Below, piece by piece: positions 38,932 through 54,219 of a stretch of DNA of 64,000 nucleotides; positions within the stretch are counted from its first letter, which is position 1, and each line of letters opens with the position of its first letter. The stretch comes from Eledone cirrhosa (taxonomy: Eukaryota), in NCBI GenBank assembly GCA_964016885.1, contig OZ024763.1, forward strand, positions 248,001-312,000. Reading direction: 5' to 3'. The notes below the pieces were generated by a model that saw only the letters and a program-made list of their open reading frames with translations, made no database searches and was not told the origin of the DNA. The translations under genes were made by a program, and so were the position numbers.

Positions 38932-41900
38932 ACAGACACACACATACACACAGACACACATACACTCACACACAGACACTCAGACACTCACACACACATA
39001 CACACTCACACACACAGACACTCACACAGACACTCACAAACACAGATACTCACACACAGACACTCATACACAGACACACAGACACTCACACACACAGACA
39101 CTCACACACACAGACACTCACACACGCAGACACACACACACACAGACACTCACACACAGACACTCACACACACAGACACTCACACACACACACACAGACA
39201 CACACAGACACTCACACACACAGACACTCACACACACAGACACTCACACAGACACTCACACACACAGACACACACATACACACAGACACTCACACACACA
39301 GACACTCACACACACAGACACTCACATACACAGACACTCACACACACAGACACTCACACTCACAGACACACACACACACACATATACAGACACTCACACA
39401 CAGACACTCATACACACACACTCACACACACAGACACTCACACACACATACACACAGACACACACATACACACAGACACTCACACACACAGACACTCACA
39501 CACACAGACACTCACACACAAAGACACTCACATACACAGACACTCACATACACAGACACTCATACACACAGACACTCACATACACATACACACAGACACT
39601 CACACACGCAGACACTCACACACGCAGGCACTCACACACACAGACACACACATACACAGACACACATACACACAGACACACATACACACAGACACTCACA
39701 CACGCAGACACTCACACACGCAGACACTCACACACACAGACACACACACACGCAGACACTCACACAGACACACACACACAGACACTCACACACACAGACA
39801 CTCACACACGCAGACACTCACACACGCAGACACTCACACACGCAGACACTCACACACACAGACACTCACAAACACAGATACTCACACACAGACACTCATA
39901 CACACAGACACACATACACAAACACTCACACACACAGACACTCACACACACAGACACTCACACAGACACTCACACAGACACTCACACACACAGACACACA
40001 CACACAGACACACACACACACACAGACACTCACACACACAGACACTCACACACACAGACACTCACAGATACTCACACACACAGACACTCACACACACAGA
40101 CACTCACACACACAGACACTCACACAGACACTCACACACACAGACACTCACACACACAGACACTCATACACACAGACACTCACACACACAGACACATACA
40201 CACACTCACACATACACACAGACACTCACACACACAGACACTCACACACACAGACACTCACACACACAGACACTCACACACAAAGACACTCACATACACA
40301 GACACTCACATACACAGACACTCATACACACAGACACTCACACACACAGACACATACACACACTCACACACATACACACACACTCACAGACACTCACACA
40401 CACAGACACTCACACACACAGACACACACACACACACACACAAACACACACACTCACACACACAGACACTCACAGACACTCACACACGCAGACACTCACA
40501 CACACATACACACAGACACTCACACACACAGACACTCACACACGCAGACACTCACACATATAGACACACACATACACAGACACACATACACACAGACACT
40601 CACACACACAGACACTCACACACGCAGACACTCACACACGCAGACACTCACACACACAGACACTCACACACACAGACACTCACACTCACACACACAGACA
40701 CTCACACACACAGACACTCACATACACAGACACTCACAAACACAGACACACACATACACACAGACACTCACACACGCAGACACTCACACACGCAGACACT
40801 CACACACACAGACACTCACATACACAGACACTCACATACACAGACACTCACATACACAGACACTCACACACACAAACACTCATACACACAGACACATACA
40901 CACACACATACACACAGACACTCACACACACAGACACTCACACACACAGACACTCACACACAGACACTCACACACAGACACTCACACACAGACACTCACA
41001 CAGACACTCACACAGACAGACACTCACACACACAGACACTCACACACATACACTCACACACAGACACTCACACACAGACACTCACACAGACAGACACTCA
41101 CACACACAGACACTCACAAACACAGACACTCATATACACAGACACACAGACACTGACACAAGCAGACACACACTCACACACACAGACACTCACACACGCA
41201 GACACACACTCACACACACAGACACTCACACACACAGACACTCACAGACACACACACACACACAGACACACACAGACACTCACACACACAGACACTCACA
41301 CACACAGACACACACACACACAGACACACACACACACACAGACACTCATATACACAGACACTCACACACACAGACACTCACACACACAGACACACTCACA
41401 CACACAGACACTCACACACACATACACTCATATACACAGACACTCACATACACAGACACAGACACTCACACATGCAGACACTCACACACACAGACACTCA
41501 CACACACAGACACTCACACACACAACACTCATATACACAGACACTCATACACACAGACACTCACACACACAGACTCTCACACACACAGACACTGACACAA
41601 GCAGACACACACTCACACACACAGACACTCACACACACAGACACTCACACACACAGACACTCACACACACAGACACTCACACACACACACACACACACAC
41701 AGACACACACAGACACTCACACACACAGACACACACACACACACAGACACTCTCACACACAGAGACTCACACACGCAGACACTCACACACAGACACTCAC
41801 ACACGCAGACACTCACACACACAGACACTCACACACACACATACACACAGACACTCACACACACAGACACACTCACACACACAGACACTCACACACACAG

Positions 41901-41990
41901 ACACTCACAGACACACACATACACAGACACACATACACACAGACACTCACACACGCAGACACTCACACACGCAGACACTCACACACACAG

Positions 41991-42022
<32 letters not shown>

Positions 42023-43715
42023 ACACTCACACACACAGACACTCACACATGCAGACACTCACACACACATACACACAGACACTCACACACACAGACACTC
42101 ACACACACAGACACTCACACACGCAGACACTCACACATATAGACACACACATACACAGACACACATACACACAGACACTCACACACACAGACACTCACAC
42201 ACGCAGACACTCACACACGCAGACACTCACACACACAGACACTCACACACACAGACACTCACACACACAGACACTCACATACACAGACACTCACAAACAC
42301 AGACACACACATACACACAGACACTCACACACGCAGACACTCACACACGCAGACACTCACACACACAGACACTCACATACACAGACACTCACATACACAG
42401 ACACTCACACACACAAACACTCATACACACAGACACATACACACACACATACACACAGACACTCACACACACAGACACTCACACACAGACACTCACACAC
42501 AGACACTCACACAGACACTCACACAGACAGACACTCACACACACAGACACTCACACACAGACACTCACACACAGACACTCACACAGACAGACACTCACAC
42601 ACACAGACACTCACAAACAGAGACACTCATATACACAGACACACAGACACTGACACAAGCAGACACACACTCACACACACAGACACTCACACACGCAGAC
42701 ACACACTCACACACACAGACACTCACACACACAGACACTCACAGACACACACACACACACACACAGACACACACAGACACTCACACACACAGACACTCAC
42801 ACACACAGACACACACACACACAGACACACACACACAGACACTCATATACACAGACACTCACACACACAGACACTCACACACACAGACACACTCACACAC
42901 ACAGACACTCATATACACAGACACTCACATACACAGACACAGACACTCACACACACAGACACTCACAGACACACACACACACACACACAGACACACACAG
43001 ACACTCACACACACAGACACTCACACACACAGACACACACACACACAGACACACACACACACACAGACACTCATATACACAGACACTCACACACACAGAC
43101 ACTCACACACACAGACACACTCACACACACAGACACTCACACACACATACACTCATATACACAGACACTCACATACACAGACACAGACACTCACACATGC
43201 AGACACTCACACACACAGACACTCACACACACAGACACTCACACACACAACACTCATATACACAGACACTCATACACACAGACACTCACACACACAGACT
43301 CTCACACACACAGACACTGACACAAGCAGACACACACTCACACACACAGACACTCACACACACAGACACTCACACACACAGACACTCACACACACAGACA
43401 CTCACACACACACACACACACACACAGACACACACAGACACTCACACACACAGACACACACACACACACAGACACTCTCACACACAGAGACTCACACACG
43501 CAGACACTCACACACAGACACTCACACACGCAGACACTCACACACACAGACACTCACACACACACATACACACAGACACTCACACACACAGACACACTCA
43601 CACACACAGACACTCACACACACAGACACTCACAGACACACACATACACAGACACACATACACACAGACACTCACACACGCAGACACTCACACACGCAGA
43701 CACTCACACACACAG

Positions 43716-43749
<34 letters not shown>

Positions 43750-46650
43750 ACACTCACACACACAGACACTCACACATGCAGACACTCACACACACATACA
43801 CACAGACACTCACACACACAGACACTCACACACACAGACACTCACACACGCAGACACTCACACATATAGACACACACATACACAGACACACATACACACA
43901 GACACTCACACACACAGACACTCACACACGCAGACACTCACACACGCAGACACTCACACACACAGACACTCACACACACAGACACTCACACACACAGACA
44001 CTCACATACACAGACACTCACAAACACAGACACACACATACACACAGACACTCACACACGCAGACACTCACACACGCAGACACTCACACACACAGACACT
44101 CACATACACAGACACTCACATACACAGACACTCACACACACAAACACTCATACACACAGACACATACACACACACATACACACAGACACTCACACACACA
44201 GACACTCACACACACAGACACTCACACACAGACACTCACACACAGACACTCACACAGACACTCACACAGACAGACACTCACACACACAGACACTCACACA
44301 CAGACACTCACACACAGACACTCACACAGACAGACACTCACACACACAGACACTCACAAACAGAGACACTCATATACACAGACACACAGACACTGACACA
44401 AGCAGACACACACTCACACACACAGACACTCACACACGCAGACACACACTCACACACACAGACACTCACACACACAGACACTCACAGACACACACACACA
44501 CACACACACACAGACACACACAGACACTCACACACACAGACACTCACACACACAGACACACACACACACAGACACACACACACAGACACTCATATACACA
44601 GACACTCACACACACAGACACTCACACACACAGACACACTCACACACACAGACACTCATATACACAGACACTCACATACACAGACACAGACACTCACACA
44701 TGCAGACACTCACACACACAGACACTCACACACACAGACACTCACACACACAGACACTCACACACACAACACTCATATACACAGACACTCACACACACAG
44801 ACACTCACACACACAGACTCTCACACACACAGACACTGACACAAGCAGACACACACTCACACACACAGACACACACTCACACACACAGACACTCACACAC
44901 ACAGACACTCACACACACAGACACTCACACACACACACACACACACAGACACACACAGACAATCACACACAGACACTCACACACACAGACACTCACACAC
45001 ACAGACACACACACACACACAGACACTCTCACACGCAGACACTCACACACAGACACTCACACACGCAGACACTCACACACACAGACACTCACACACACAC
45101 ATACACACAGACACTCACACACACAGACACACTCACACACACAGACACTCACACACACAGACACTCACAGACACACACATACACAGACACACATACACAC
45201 AGACACTCACACACGCAGACACTCACACACGCAGACACTCACACACACAGACACACACATACACAGACACACATACACGCAGACACTCACACACGCAGAC
45301 ACTCACACACGCAGACACTCACTCACACACACAGACACACACATACACAGACACACATACACACAGACACTCACACACGCAGACACACACACACGCAGAC
45401 ACTCACACACACAGACACTCACACACGCAGACACTCACACACACATACACAGACACACATACACACAGACACTCACACACACAGTCACTCACACACACAG
45501 ACACACAGACACTCACACAGACACTCACACACACAGACACTCACACACGCAGACACACACACACACAGACACTCACACACACAGACACTCACACACACAG
45601 ACACTCACACACACAGACACACACAGACACACACACAGACACTCACACACACACAGACACACACACACACACAGACACACACACACACAGACAGCCACTC
45701 ACACACACAGACACTCACACACACAGACACACACACACACACACACACAGACACACACAGACACTCACAGACACACACACACACACAGACAGACACTCAC
45801 ACACACAGACACTCACACACACAGACACACACAGAAACACTCACACACGCAGACACTCACACACACAGACACTCATACACACAGACACTCACACACACAG
45901 ACACTCACACACACATACACTCACACACGCAGACACTCACACACACAGACACTCACACACACAGACACTCACACACACAGACACTCACACATGCAGACAC
46001 TCACACACACAGACACTCACACACGCAGACACTCACACACACAGACACTCACAGACACTCACACACACAGACACTCACACACACAGACATTCACACATGC
46101 AGACACTCACACACACAGACACACACATACACAGACACACATACACACAGACACTCACACACACAGTCACTCACACACACAGACACACATACACACAGAC
46201 ACACACAGACACTCACACACAGATACACACACACACTCACATACAGACACTCACACACAGACACACACACAAACACTCACACACAGACACACACATACAC
46301 ACAGACACTCACACACACAGACATTCACACACATACACACAGACACTCACACACACTTGCATTCACACACACAAACACACGCACGTGTACCGACACAGAC
46401 ATACAAACACACACATGTACACATGCTCTCTCACACACACATACACATGCATGGTCTCATATACACACTCACACAAATAGACACACACTCACACACACAA
46501 ACATACACACATAACAGACCCTCACACACACACACAAACATACACACATAACAGACCCTCACACACACACATAACAGACCCTCATACACACACAAACATA
46601 CACACACACACACCCACACATAACAGACCCTCACACACACACAGACACAG
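38932..46650. repeat. 7.7-kb (CA)n-based satellite, basic unit about CAGACACTCACACACA, with kilobase-scale higher-order duplication
   Basis: Rare markers such as 'ctgacacaagcag' and 'catgcagac...acaacactcatata' recur at kilobase spacing. Confidence 0.95.
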
Positions 46651-46989
46651 ACCTCATATATATCTAACCACATTCCTTATCAACTGTTGTCTGTGTTTTA
46701 CACTCTGCCATGTATACACAAATCTCTCTCTCTCTCTTTCTATCTCTCCACTCCTCTCTCTACCCCCCCTTCTCTCCCCCCCCCCCCTCCTCTCTCCACC
46801 CCCCTTCTCTCTCTACCCCCCCCTTCTCTCTCTCTCCACCTTCTTTCCCTGCTATCTATGTATAAGTGTTAAACTAATATATATATATATATATATAATT
46901 GAATTGAGAAAACTATTGACCTTTCATACAGATATGTGACTAAGTTCATTATATATATATATATACATATATATATACATATATATATA

Positions 46990-47024
<35 letters not shown>

Positions 47025-47026
<2 letters not shown>

Positions 47027-47220
47027 CGAAGGAAATGTGGTAAGGAACCAGGTGGACCATAACGCACCAAAGTACTCAATACTTAGGGTAGTAGAGTGGG
47101 TAATAGGAACGAGTAGGACCCCGACGGCTGGGCTCAAGCCGTTTCGACGGCTAATTCTGGACGCAGATTAGCCGTCGAAAGGGCTTGAGCTCAGCCGTCG
47201 GGGTCCTACTCGTTCCTATA
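47025..47220. repeat. Family F repeat with terminal hairpin
   Basis: Arms about 47103-47155 and 47166-47219. Confidence 0.85.
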
Positions 47221-47284
47221 TATATATATGAAATAAAGTAATTAAGTCAAATATTTAAAATTTGGCTTCGTTTATTAAAGATGT

Positions 47285-47339
47285 ACTGTTATATATATTT
47301 CAGTGACAGCCATTATAGGCTGTGACCTCTTCAGGCAGT
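47285..47339 (-). ncRNA. Minimal type-I hammerhead motif (same family as 36308)
   Basis: Minus strand: actgc-CTGAAGA-ggtcacagcc-tataat-ggctgtcact-GAA-atatatat-A-acagt. Flanking homology extends to about 47450. Confidence 0.8.
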
Positions 47340-47488
47340 CCGAATTGGTGTGGTAGAGAGAGGTACACATGTTGTTGAAGTGTTTTACTCCTTCAATACT
47401 CCGATATGTCCAGCTCCTGGTTGGGTTGTTATTTCTCTGAGGAACTGGAATCTGTATACTGAGGTGTCGGTAAACAACCAACATATAC

Positions 47489-47520
<32 letters not shown>

Positions 47521-47849
47521 CTATAAAGTATGTCCATAGAATCATTTGATAATATATATACACCATTTCCTCTCCCAATTAGCATAATCAACCACACAAA
47601 AAAACCAATTAAACCAGGCTATAAGATTAAAAGGCACCTATGAAGAAATAGTAGATAAATAAACGACAGCAATCTATTCGCGACCAACCGCCATAGAATA
47701 TTTACCCAACATTTCAATAGCACGTGGAAATCGATTAAATATACTATCAACCATACACAATTAGGTATAAAATTAAAGTTAGAAGAAAAAATACATATAC
47801 ACATACCAGGATTATATATATATATATATATATACCCGACCTCCCATGG

Positions 47850-48170
47850 GTACAAGCTGAAGCATATAGACAATATGCCCCCACACCCCCACCGTAAGGT
47901 GGTCATGGAGGTGCCACGGCAAAAAAGCACCCAGCCCACACTGTAGAGTGGACGTGTAGGCGCCACGAAAAAGCACCCAGCACACACTGTAAATGAGGTT
48001 GGTGTTAGGAAGGGCATCCAGCTGTAGAAATCAAGCCAGAATCAGTTCCTGTATGAGCAAGGCATGGTCAGCCGACCAGACACTGCCCACAACAGGACAA
48101 CCCGTCTAACCCATGCTAGCGTGGAAGAACGGACGTAAAACGGTGATGATGATGATGATGATGATGATGA
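47850..48170 (+). mobile_element. RTE-like 3' UTR fragment with (TGA)n tail
   Basis: Reverse complement of 22531-22845. Confidence 0.8.
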
Positions 48171-48459
48171 TATATATATATATATAAATATAATTTCAGC
48201 GAGATCGTATTTCAGCGGTGGCCAAAAACAAAACGAAATGCAATCTTCGAGATATGCGGCAAGCGCTCAATGGACTAAGAGAAGATCAGAGCAATTAACA
48301 TACGTTATAGAGGCCAGACAAAATGAAAACAATGGTTGTGAAGCCATCAGCCACCGGAGCCAAAAAAAACGAAGCAAGCTAAACAGGTTAACAAAAGAAT
48401 TTGTATATAAACATATGAGAGTTCAACAGCCTTCTTACTTCAATGATATATATATATAA

Positions 48460-48520
<61 letters not shown>

Positions 48521-48909
48521 AAAAAGTAGGACCCCGACGGCTGAGCTCAAGCCGTTTCGACGGCTAATTCTGGACTAAAACTTTTAGTCCAGAATTTAGT
48601 CCTACTTTTTCTTATTACCCACTCTACTACCCTAAGTATTGAGTACTTTGGGGCGTTATGGTCCACCTGGTTCCTTACCACATTTCCTCCGTTATATATA
48701 TATATATATATACTTATATATATATATAATTGAAGTAAGAAGACTGTTGAACCCTCATATGTTTATATACGATGGGAGAGTCCATTGTTTATAGATACAT
48801 ACATATATATATATATATGTATGTAAAAGGTAAATAGAAATAACAACACAATCGGTACAGTATATGGAAGGTATATATTAGGTTAACGCTTGAAATAGCA
48901 GGAAGAGGG

Positions 48910-48945
48910 TCTTAACGTTTCAGACGCTAGTCCTTCATCAGAAGA
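48910..48945 (-). ncRNA. Minimal type-I hammerhead motif
   Basis: Minus strand: tctt-CTGATGA-a-ggac-tagc-gtct-GAA-acgt-t-aaga. Confidence 0.75.
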
Positions 48946-49049
48946 AAAAATGAGAAATTAGAAAAATTGAAGGGACAGGCGGGTTGGAATTTGAAAAAAT
49001 GTTTTTAGAGAAAAATAACAGGCCCATTCATGTTGCCATATATATATAT

Positions 49050-49311
49050 ATCATCATCATCATCATCACCGTTTTACGTCCGTTCTTCCACGCTAGCATG
49101 GGTTAAACGGGTTGTCCTGTTGTGGGCAGTGTCCAGTCGGCTTACCTTGTCTTGCTCATACGGGAACTGATTCTGGCTTGATTTCTACAGCTGGATGCCC
49201 TTCCTAACACCAACCTCATTTACAGTGAGTGCTGGGTGCTTTTTTGCCGTGGCACCTCCACGACCACTTTGCAGTGGAATGATAGGGACCCCAGTCCTAT
49301 CATCTCATTTC
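49050..49311 (-). mobile_element. SINE family A 3' half with the longer LINE-type tail
   Basis: SINE A body joined to the tail variant seen at 22531 and 47850. Truncated where the inverted repeat at 49312 begins. Confidence 0.8.
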
Positions 49312-49626
49312 TAATAAATGGAAACTATATTTATAAAACCATAATTATTTTATTATATATATTTCAAGGGTAACCAAGGCAAATTATGGTGCGCTTTCAT
49401 CAGATAAAATGCAGATTTGTTTTATAAATAAATATTGACATACCTGGAAACACTATCCAGGGAACTTCAACCGTTAAGGTTGTCTTTTTTCCGGGTATGT
49501 CAATATTTATTTATAAAACAAATCTGTATTTTATTTGATGAAAGCACACCATAATTTGCCTTGGTTACCCTTGAAATATATATAATAAAATAAATATGGT
49601 TTTATAAATATAGTTTCCATTTATTA
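49312..49626. repeat. ~138-bp inverted repeat with a hammerhead in each arm
   Basis: Arms 49312-49450 and 49488-49626. Motif attttat-(C/T)TGATGA...GAA-atatatat-A-ataaaat. Confidence 0.9.
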
Positions 49627-50037
49627 ATATATTGAATATTTACTCCACCTACTGTTGAGTGTTTTATGTCAGTTATAAAAATGTTTAAATTTGTTGAATC
49701 CCAACAAATTAAATATAACCTCTGCATATATCTACTGATATTATACACTTTATACTATATATATATATATATAGATATAGATATATATATATATTAATAC
49801 AATAACAGAGATAGTTTAAAGCTAATCTCTGACTGGTAACCATCTCACTCAACAAACATTAGGTTATATTTTAATATAAACCCAATTTAAGTGTTTGGGG
49901 TGCTAACAATATGTATTATGTGGAAAAGCCAGTTGTATTATTTTATGAGATATAATTAAAGTTAAAATCTATATATTTGTGAACAATTTGTTAGCATTTT
50001 CTATTCTGTTTACCAATATATATATTTATATTTACTT

Positions 50038-50079
<42 letters not shown>

Positions 50080-50493
50080 TAAAGTAATATGTTTTCAAAT
50101 ACTTTGATTATAATATTCATTTAATCCACACCTATTCGTTTGAGTGCCCTAGTGTATAATATCAGTAAATATACTCAAGGTAAATACTATTTCCTAGAGT
50201 GCTGCTGCATTTTTTAAAAATGTAAACAAAATGGCTCTGATATGATATACCTTTGGAAGAAATGTTGTGTTTAAGGTAGTTATATATTATTTAATTCTGA
50301 AGAGATCTAATATTAAGCTTGTGATATTAATGACGAAACACATGTAAATTACAATATCATATAGTTAGCAGTGTTTCATTTTATTTTTCAATGTATCTAT
50401 ATATATATATATGGATCTGTTATTTTTATCTAAAGACATTTTTTCCAATTCCAACCCGCCTGTCCCCTTAATCTATCTTATTTTCATTCTTTT

Positions 50494-50528
50494 TTTCTGA
50501 TGAAGGACTAGCGCCTGAAACGTTAAGA
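50494..50528 (+). ncRNA. Minimal hammerhead motif (inverse partner of 48910)
   Basis: tttt-CTGATGA-aggactagcgcct-GAA-acgt-t-aaga. Confidence 0.65.
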
Positions 50529-50641
50529 CCCTCTTGTTGCTATTTCAAGCGTTAACCTAATATATTCCTTCCATATACTGTACCGATTGTGTTGTTATTT
50601 CTGTTTACCTTTTACATACATATATATATATATATATATAT

Positions 50642-50880
50642 CGAAGGAGTTGTGGTAAGAAACCAGGTGGACCATAACGCACCAGAGTACTCAATACTTA
50701 GGGTAGTAGAGTGGGTAATAGGAAAAAGTATGACCCCGATGGCAGAGCTCAAGCTGTTTGGACGGCTGTTTCTGGTCCAGAAATAGTAAGAACACTCAGT
50801 CCATAGGACGAGTTTAGTATAACTAATTACAACAGTCCAGAAATAGCCGTCGAAACAGCTTGAGCTCTGTCATACTGTTT

Positions 50881-50886
<6 letters not shown>
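50642..50886. repeat. Family F repeat with a partial inverted end
   Basis: 'gagctcaagctgtttggacggctgtttctgg' versus 'ccagaaatagccgtcgaaacagcttgagctc'. Confidence 0.8.
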
Positions 50887-50944
<58 letters not shown>

Positions 50945-51123
50945 TTGCAAGGTTTTTAATATGAAATTGTGTGTTGAAACAAATATTGTTATACTTGGGA
51001 AGGGTCATATTATTATTTCTGGCAATATTATAACAATATGGCCCTCCCCAAATATAACAATATATATATAACAAGCAGGGAAAAGTGGACGTAAAATGAA
51101 ATGATGATGATGATGATATATAT

Positions 51124-51460
51124 ATCATCATCATCATTTTACGTCCACTTTTCCCTGCTTGCAAGGGTGGGACGGGAACTGATTCTGGCTTGATTTCTAC
51201 AGCTGGATGCCCTTCCTAACACCAACCTCATTTACAGTGAGTGTTGGGTGCTTTTTTGCCGTGGCACCTCCACGACCACTTTGCAGTGGAATGATAGGGA
51301 CCCCAGTCCCTATCATCTCATTTCTACAGCTGAGTAAACTGGAGCAATGTGAAATAAAGCGTCTTGCTCAAGGAAACAACACATCACCCGGTCTGAGAAT
51401 TGAACTCACAACCTTTCGATTGCAAGGCCAATGCTCTAACCACTAAGCCATGTGCCTCCA
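51124..51460 (-). mobile_element. CORE-like SINE family A, full length
   Basis: Reverse complement of 2183-2540. Confidence 0.9.
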
Positions 51461-52218
51461 TGTGTGTGTTTCCCGGGTTCAATCGGGGGGTAACCTCCGT
51501 AGGTAAGGTACTCAATACATAGCAGAGTATAAATGTTTAATATAGAAATAGTTTCTACAGGACTAGAACTGTTTCATTCAGGAGAAATCATCAGGAAAGC
51601 CCAGGAGCTTACTGAGAATACTATTGTACCTTCGTACATTGCTACACAATGGGAGGGTCCATCATATATATATATAAAAATACATTATTTATCAGCCATG
51701 AAAATGAGGAAAATTAAAGTTGACCTTGGCAAGATTTGAACTCAGATCTTCAGATCTTAGAGAGTTCAAAAGCCTAGAATAAATATAAGAGAATGCAGTC
51801 TATCAGACGCTCCACCGACTCTGCCAATTTGTAGCTTTTATGTCTTTTTCATTACAGTACTAAGTTGAAAGAATGCCAAATATATCAAACATCTCAGAAT
51901 TCAACATATTTATACTTAATCATCATACTCTCTCGGGGAATGTCTGTATATGAAAGGAATATACAACAGATTTTGTGTCAGCTGAGGCTTCTGTCTGCTA
52001 CTGGTAGCATGTAACCCGGTACAACCTGCTTCATGGTTGAGTGGTGCTGTTAAAAGAGGAGGATGAACTCCTCACAGTTAACTGCCAACCACCCCACAAT
52101 TGGCCAGGTGTGGTGAATATTGCTACACCTCTGACATGACTAAAACCAAACAGAAAGTATTGGAGGTCAACCAGGGAGGGGTTCCTCCAACAGGGGTGAG
52201 AAGGCCCTGGATTGAATT

Positions 52219-52250
<32 letters not shown>

Positions 52251-52252
<2 letters not shown>

Positions 52253-52560
52253 TCATTCATCATCATCGTTTCATTTTATGTCCGCTTTTCCCTGCTTGCA
52301 AGGGTGGGACGGGAACTGATTCTGGCTTGATTTCTACAGCTGGATGCCCTTCCTAACACCAACCTCATTTACAGTGAGTGCTGGGTGCTTTTTTGCCGTG
52401 GCACCTCCACGACCACTTTGCAGTGGAATGATAGGGACCCCAGTCCCTATCATCTCATTTCTACAGCTGAGTAAACTGGTGCAATGTGAAATAAAGTGTC
52501 TTGCTCAAGGAAACAACACATCACCCGGTCTGAGAATTGAACTCACAACCTTTTGATTGG
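52251..52560 (-). mobile_element. CORE-like SINE family A, 5'-truncated
   Basis: Reverse complement of family A. Confidence 0.9.
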
Positions 52561-52723
52561 CTCTCTGTTCTCTGAGTTCAAATTAAGACAGAGTCATCTT
52601 TACCTTTCGCCCTTTTAAGGTCAATAAAAAAAAGTACTACTGGGGTCGTTTCTTTCTCTCTCTATATATATTTATCTCTTTTATTTCATCTCTCTCTCTC
52701 TCCCTCTTTTTCATCATCATAGT

Positions 52724-54185
52724 TTAACCTTTTAGCATTTAAACTGGCCATATCCGGCCAGCATTCCCTCACCTCTTTCTGTTCAAACCGGTCATATCCG
52801 GCCAGAATTCCCTCACCTCTTTCTGTTCAAACCGGCCATATCCGGCCAGCATTCCCCCACCCCTTTCTGTTCAAACTGGCCATATCCGGCCAGCATTCCC
52901 CCACCCCTTTCTGTTCAAACCGGCCATATCCGGCCAGCATTCCCTCACCTCTTTCTGTTCAAACCGGTCATATCCGGCCAGAATTCCCTCACCTCTTTCT
53001 GTTCAAACCGGCCATATCCGGCCAGCATTCCCCCACCCCTTTCTGTTCAAACTGGTCATATCCGGCCAGCATTCCCCCACCCCTTTCTGTTCAAACCGGC
53101 CATATCCGGCCAGCATTCCCTCACCTCTTTCTGTTCAAACCGGTCATATCCGGCCAGCATTCCCTCACCTCTTTCTGTTCAAACCGGTCATATCCGGCCA
53201 GAATTCCCTCACCTCTTTCTGTTCAAACCGGCCATATCCGGCCAGCATTCCCCCACCCCTTTCTGTTCAAACTGGTCATATCCGGCCAGCATTCCCCCAC
53301 CCCTTTCTGTTCAAACCGGCCATATCCGGCCAGCATTCCCTCACCCCTTTCTGTTCAAACTGGCCATATCCGGCCAGCATTCCCCCACCCCTTTCTGTTC
53401 AAACCGGCCATATCCGGCCAGCATTCCCCCACCTCTTTCTGTTCAAACCGGTCATATCCGGCCAGCATTCCCTCACCCCTTTCTGTTCAAACCGGTCATA
53501 TCCGGCCAGCATTCCCTCACCCCTTTCTGTTCAAACTGGTCATATCCGGCCAGCATTCCCCCACCTCTTTCTGTTCAAACTGGTCATATCCGGCCAGCAT
53601 TCCCTCACCTCTTTCTGTTCAAACCGGCCATATCCGGCCAGCATTCCCTCACCTCTTTCTGTTCAAACCGGTCATATCCGGCCAGCATTCCCTCACCTCT
53701 TTCTGTTCAAACCGGCTGTATCCGGCCAGCATTCCCCCACCTCTTTCTGTTCAAACCGGTCATATCCGGCCAGCATTCCCTCACCTCTTTCTGTTCAAAC
53801 CGGTCATATCCGGCTAGCATTCCCACACCCCTTTCTGTTCAAACCGGCCATATCCAGCCAGCATTCCCTCACCTCTTTCTGTTCAAACCGGCCATATCCG
53901 GCCAGCATTCCCTCACCTCTTTCTGTTCAAACCGGCCATATCCGGCCAGCATTCCCTCACCTCTTTCTGTTCAAACCGGCCATATCCAGCCAGCATTCCC
54001 CCACCTCTTTCTGTTCAAACCGGCCATATCCAGCCAGCATTCCCTCACCTCTTTCTGTTCAAACCGGCCATATCTGGCCACTCATGCTGATGTTAAAGTA
54101 TTGTTCTCAAAATAAATAATACCAAAATCTCATAGATTCAATATTGTGTGATATAGTATATAAAATTAAAATGTTAAAGGGTTAA
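52724..54185 (+). mobile_element. piggyBac-type MITE with an internal 44-bp array
   Basis: TTAA-ccttttagcattt ... aaatgttaaaggg-TTAA. The segment 54061-54150 aligns with 62335-62427. Confidence 0.9.
52741..54080. repeat. 44-bp minisatellite, 30 copies (inside MITE)
   Basis: 'aaaccggccatatccggccagcattccctcacctctttctgttc'. 52741 to 54061 equals 30 x 44. Confidence 0.95.
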
Positions 54186-54219
54186 TGTCTGCCTTCCATG
54201 CTAGCATGGATTAGACGAT

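Noticed and set aside
38917-46551. Long His/Thr-rich ORFs up to 1073 aa
   Set aside because: Translations of a (CA)-based satellite.
47670-47815. Short frame TQHFNSTWKSIKY...KLKLEEKIHI, vaguely like a GIY-YIG C-terminus
   Set aside because: No diagnostic motif is visible, and it is too short to call without a profile search.
51470-51600. CTGATGA...GAAAC on the minus strand (family also at 1465-1575 and 12345-12412)
   Set aside because: Core words are present, but I could not identify convincing stems I and III, so it is not listed as a ribozyme.
52741-54080. CRISPR-like appearance of the 44-, 54-, 65- and 72-bp arrays
   Set aside because: Units are contiguous with no unique spacers, there are no cas genes, and the context is eukaryotic.
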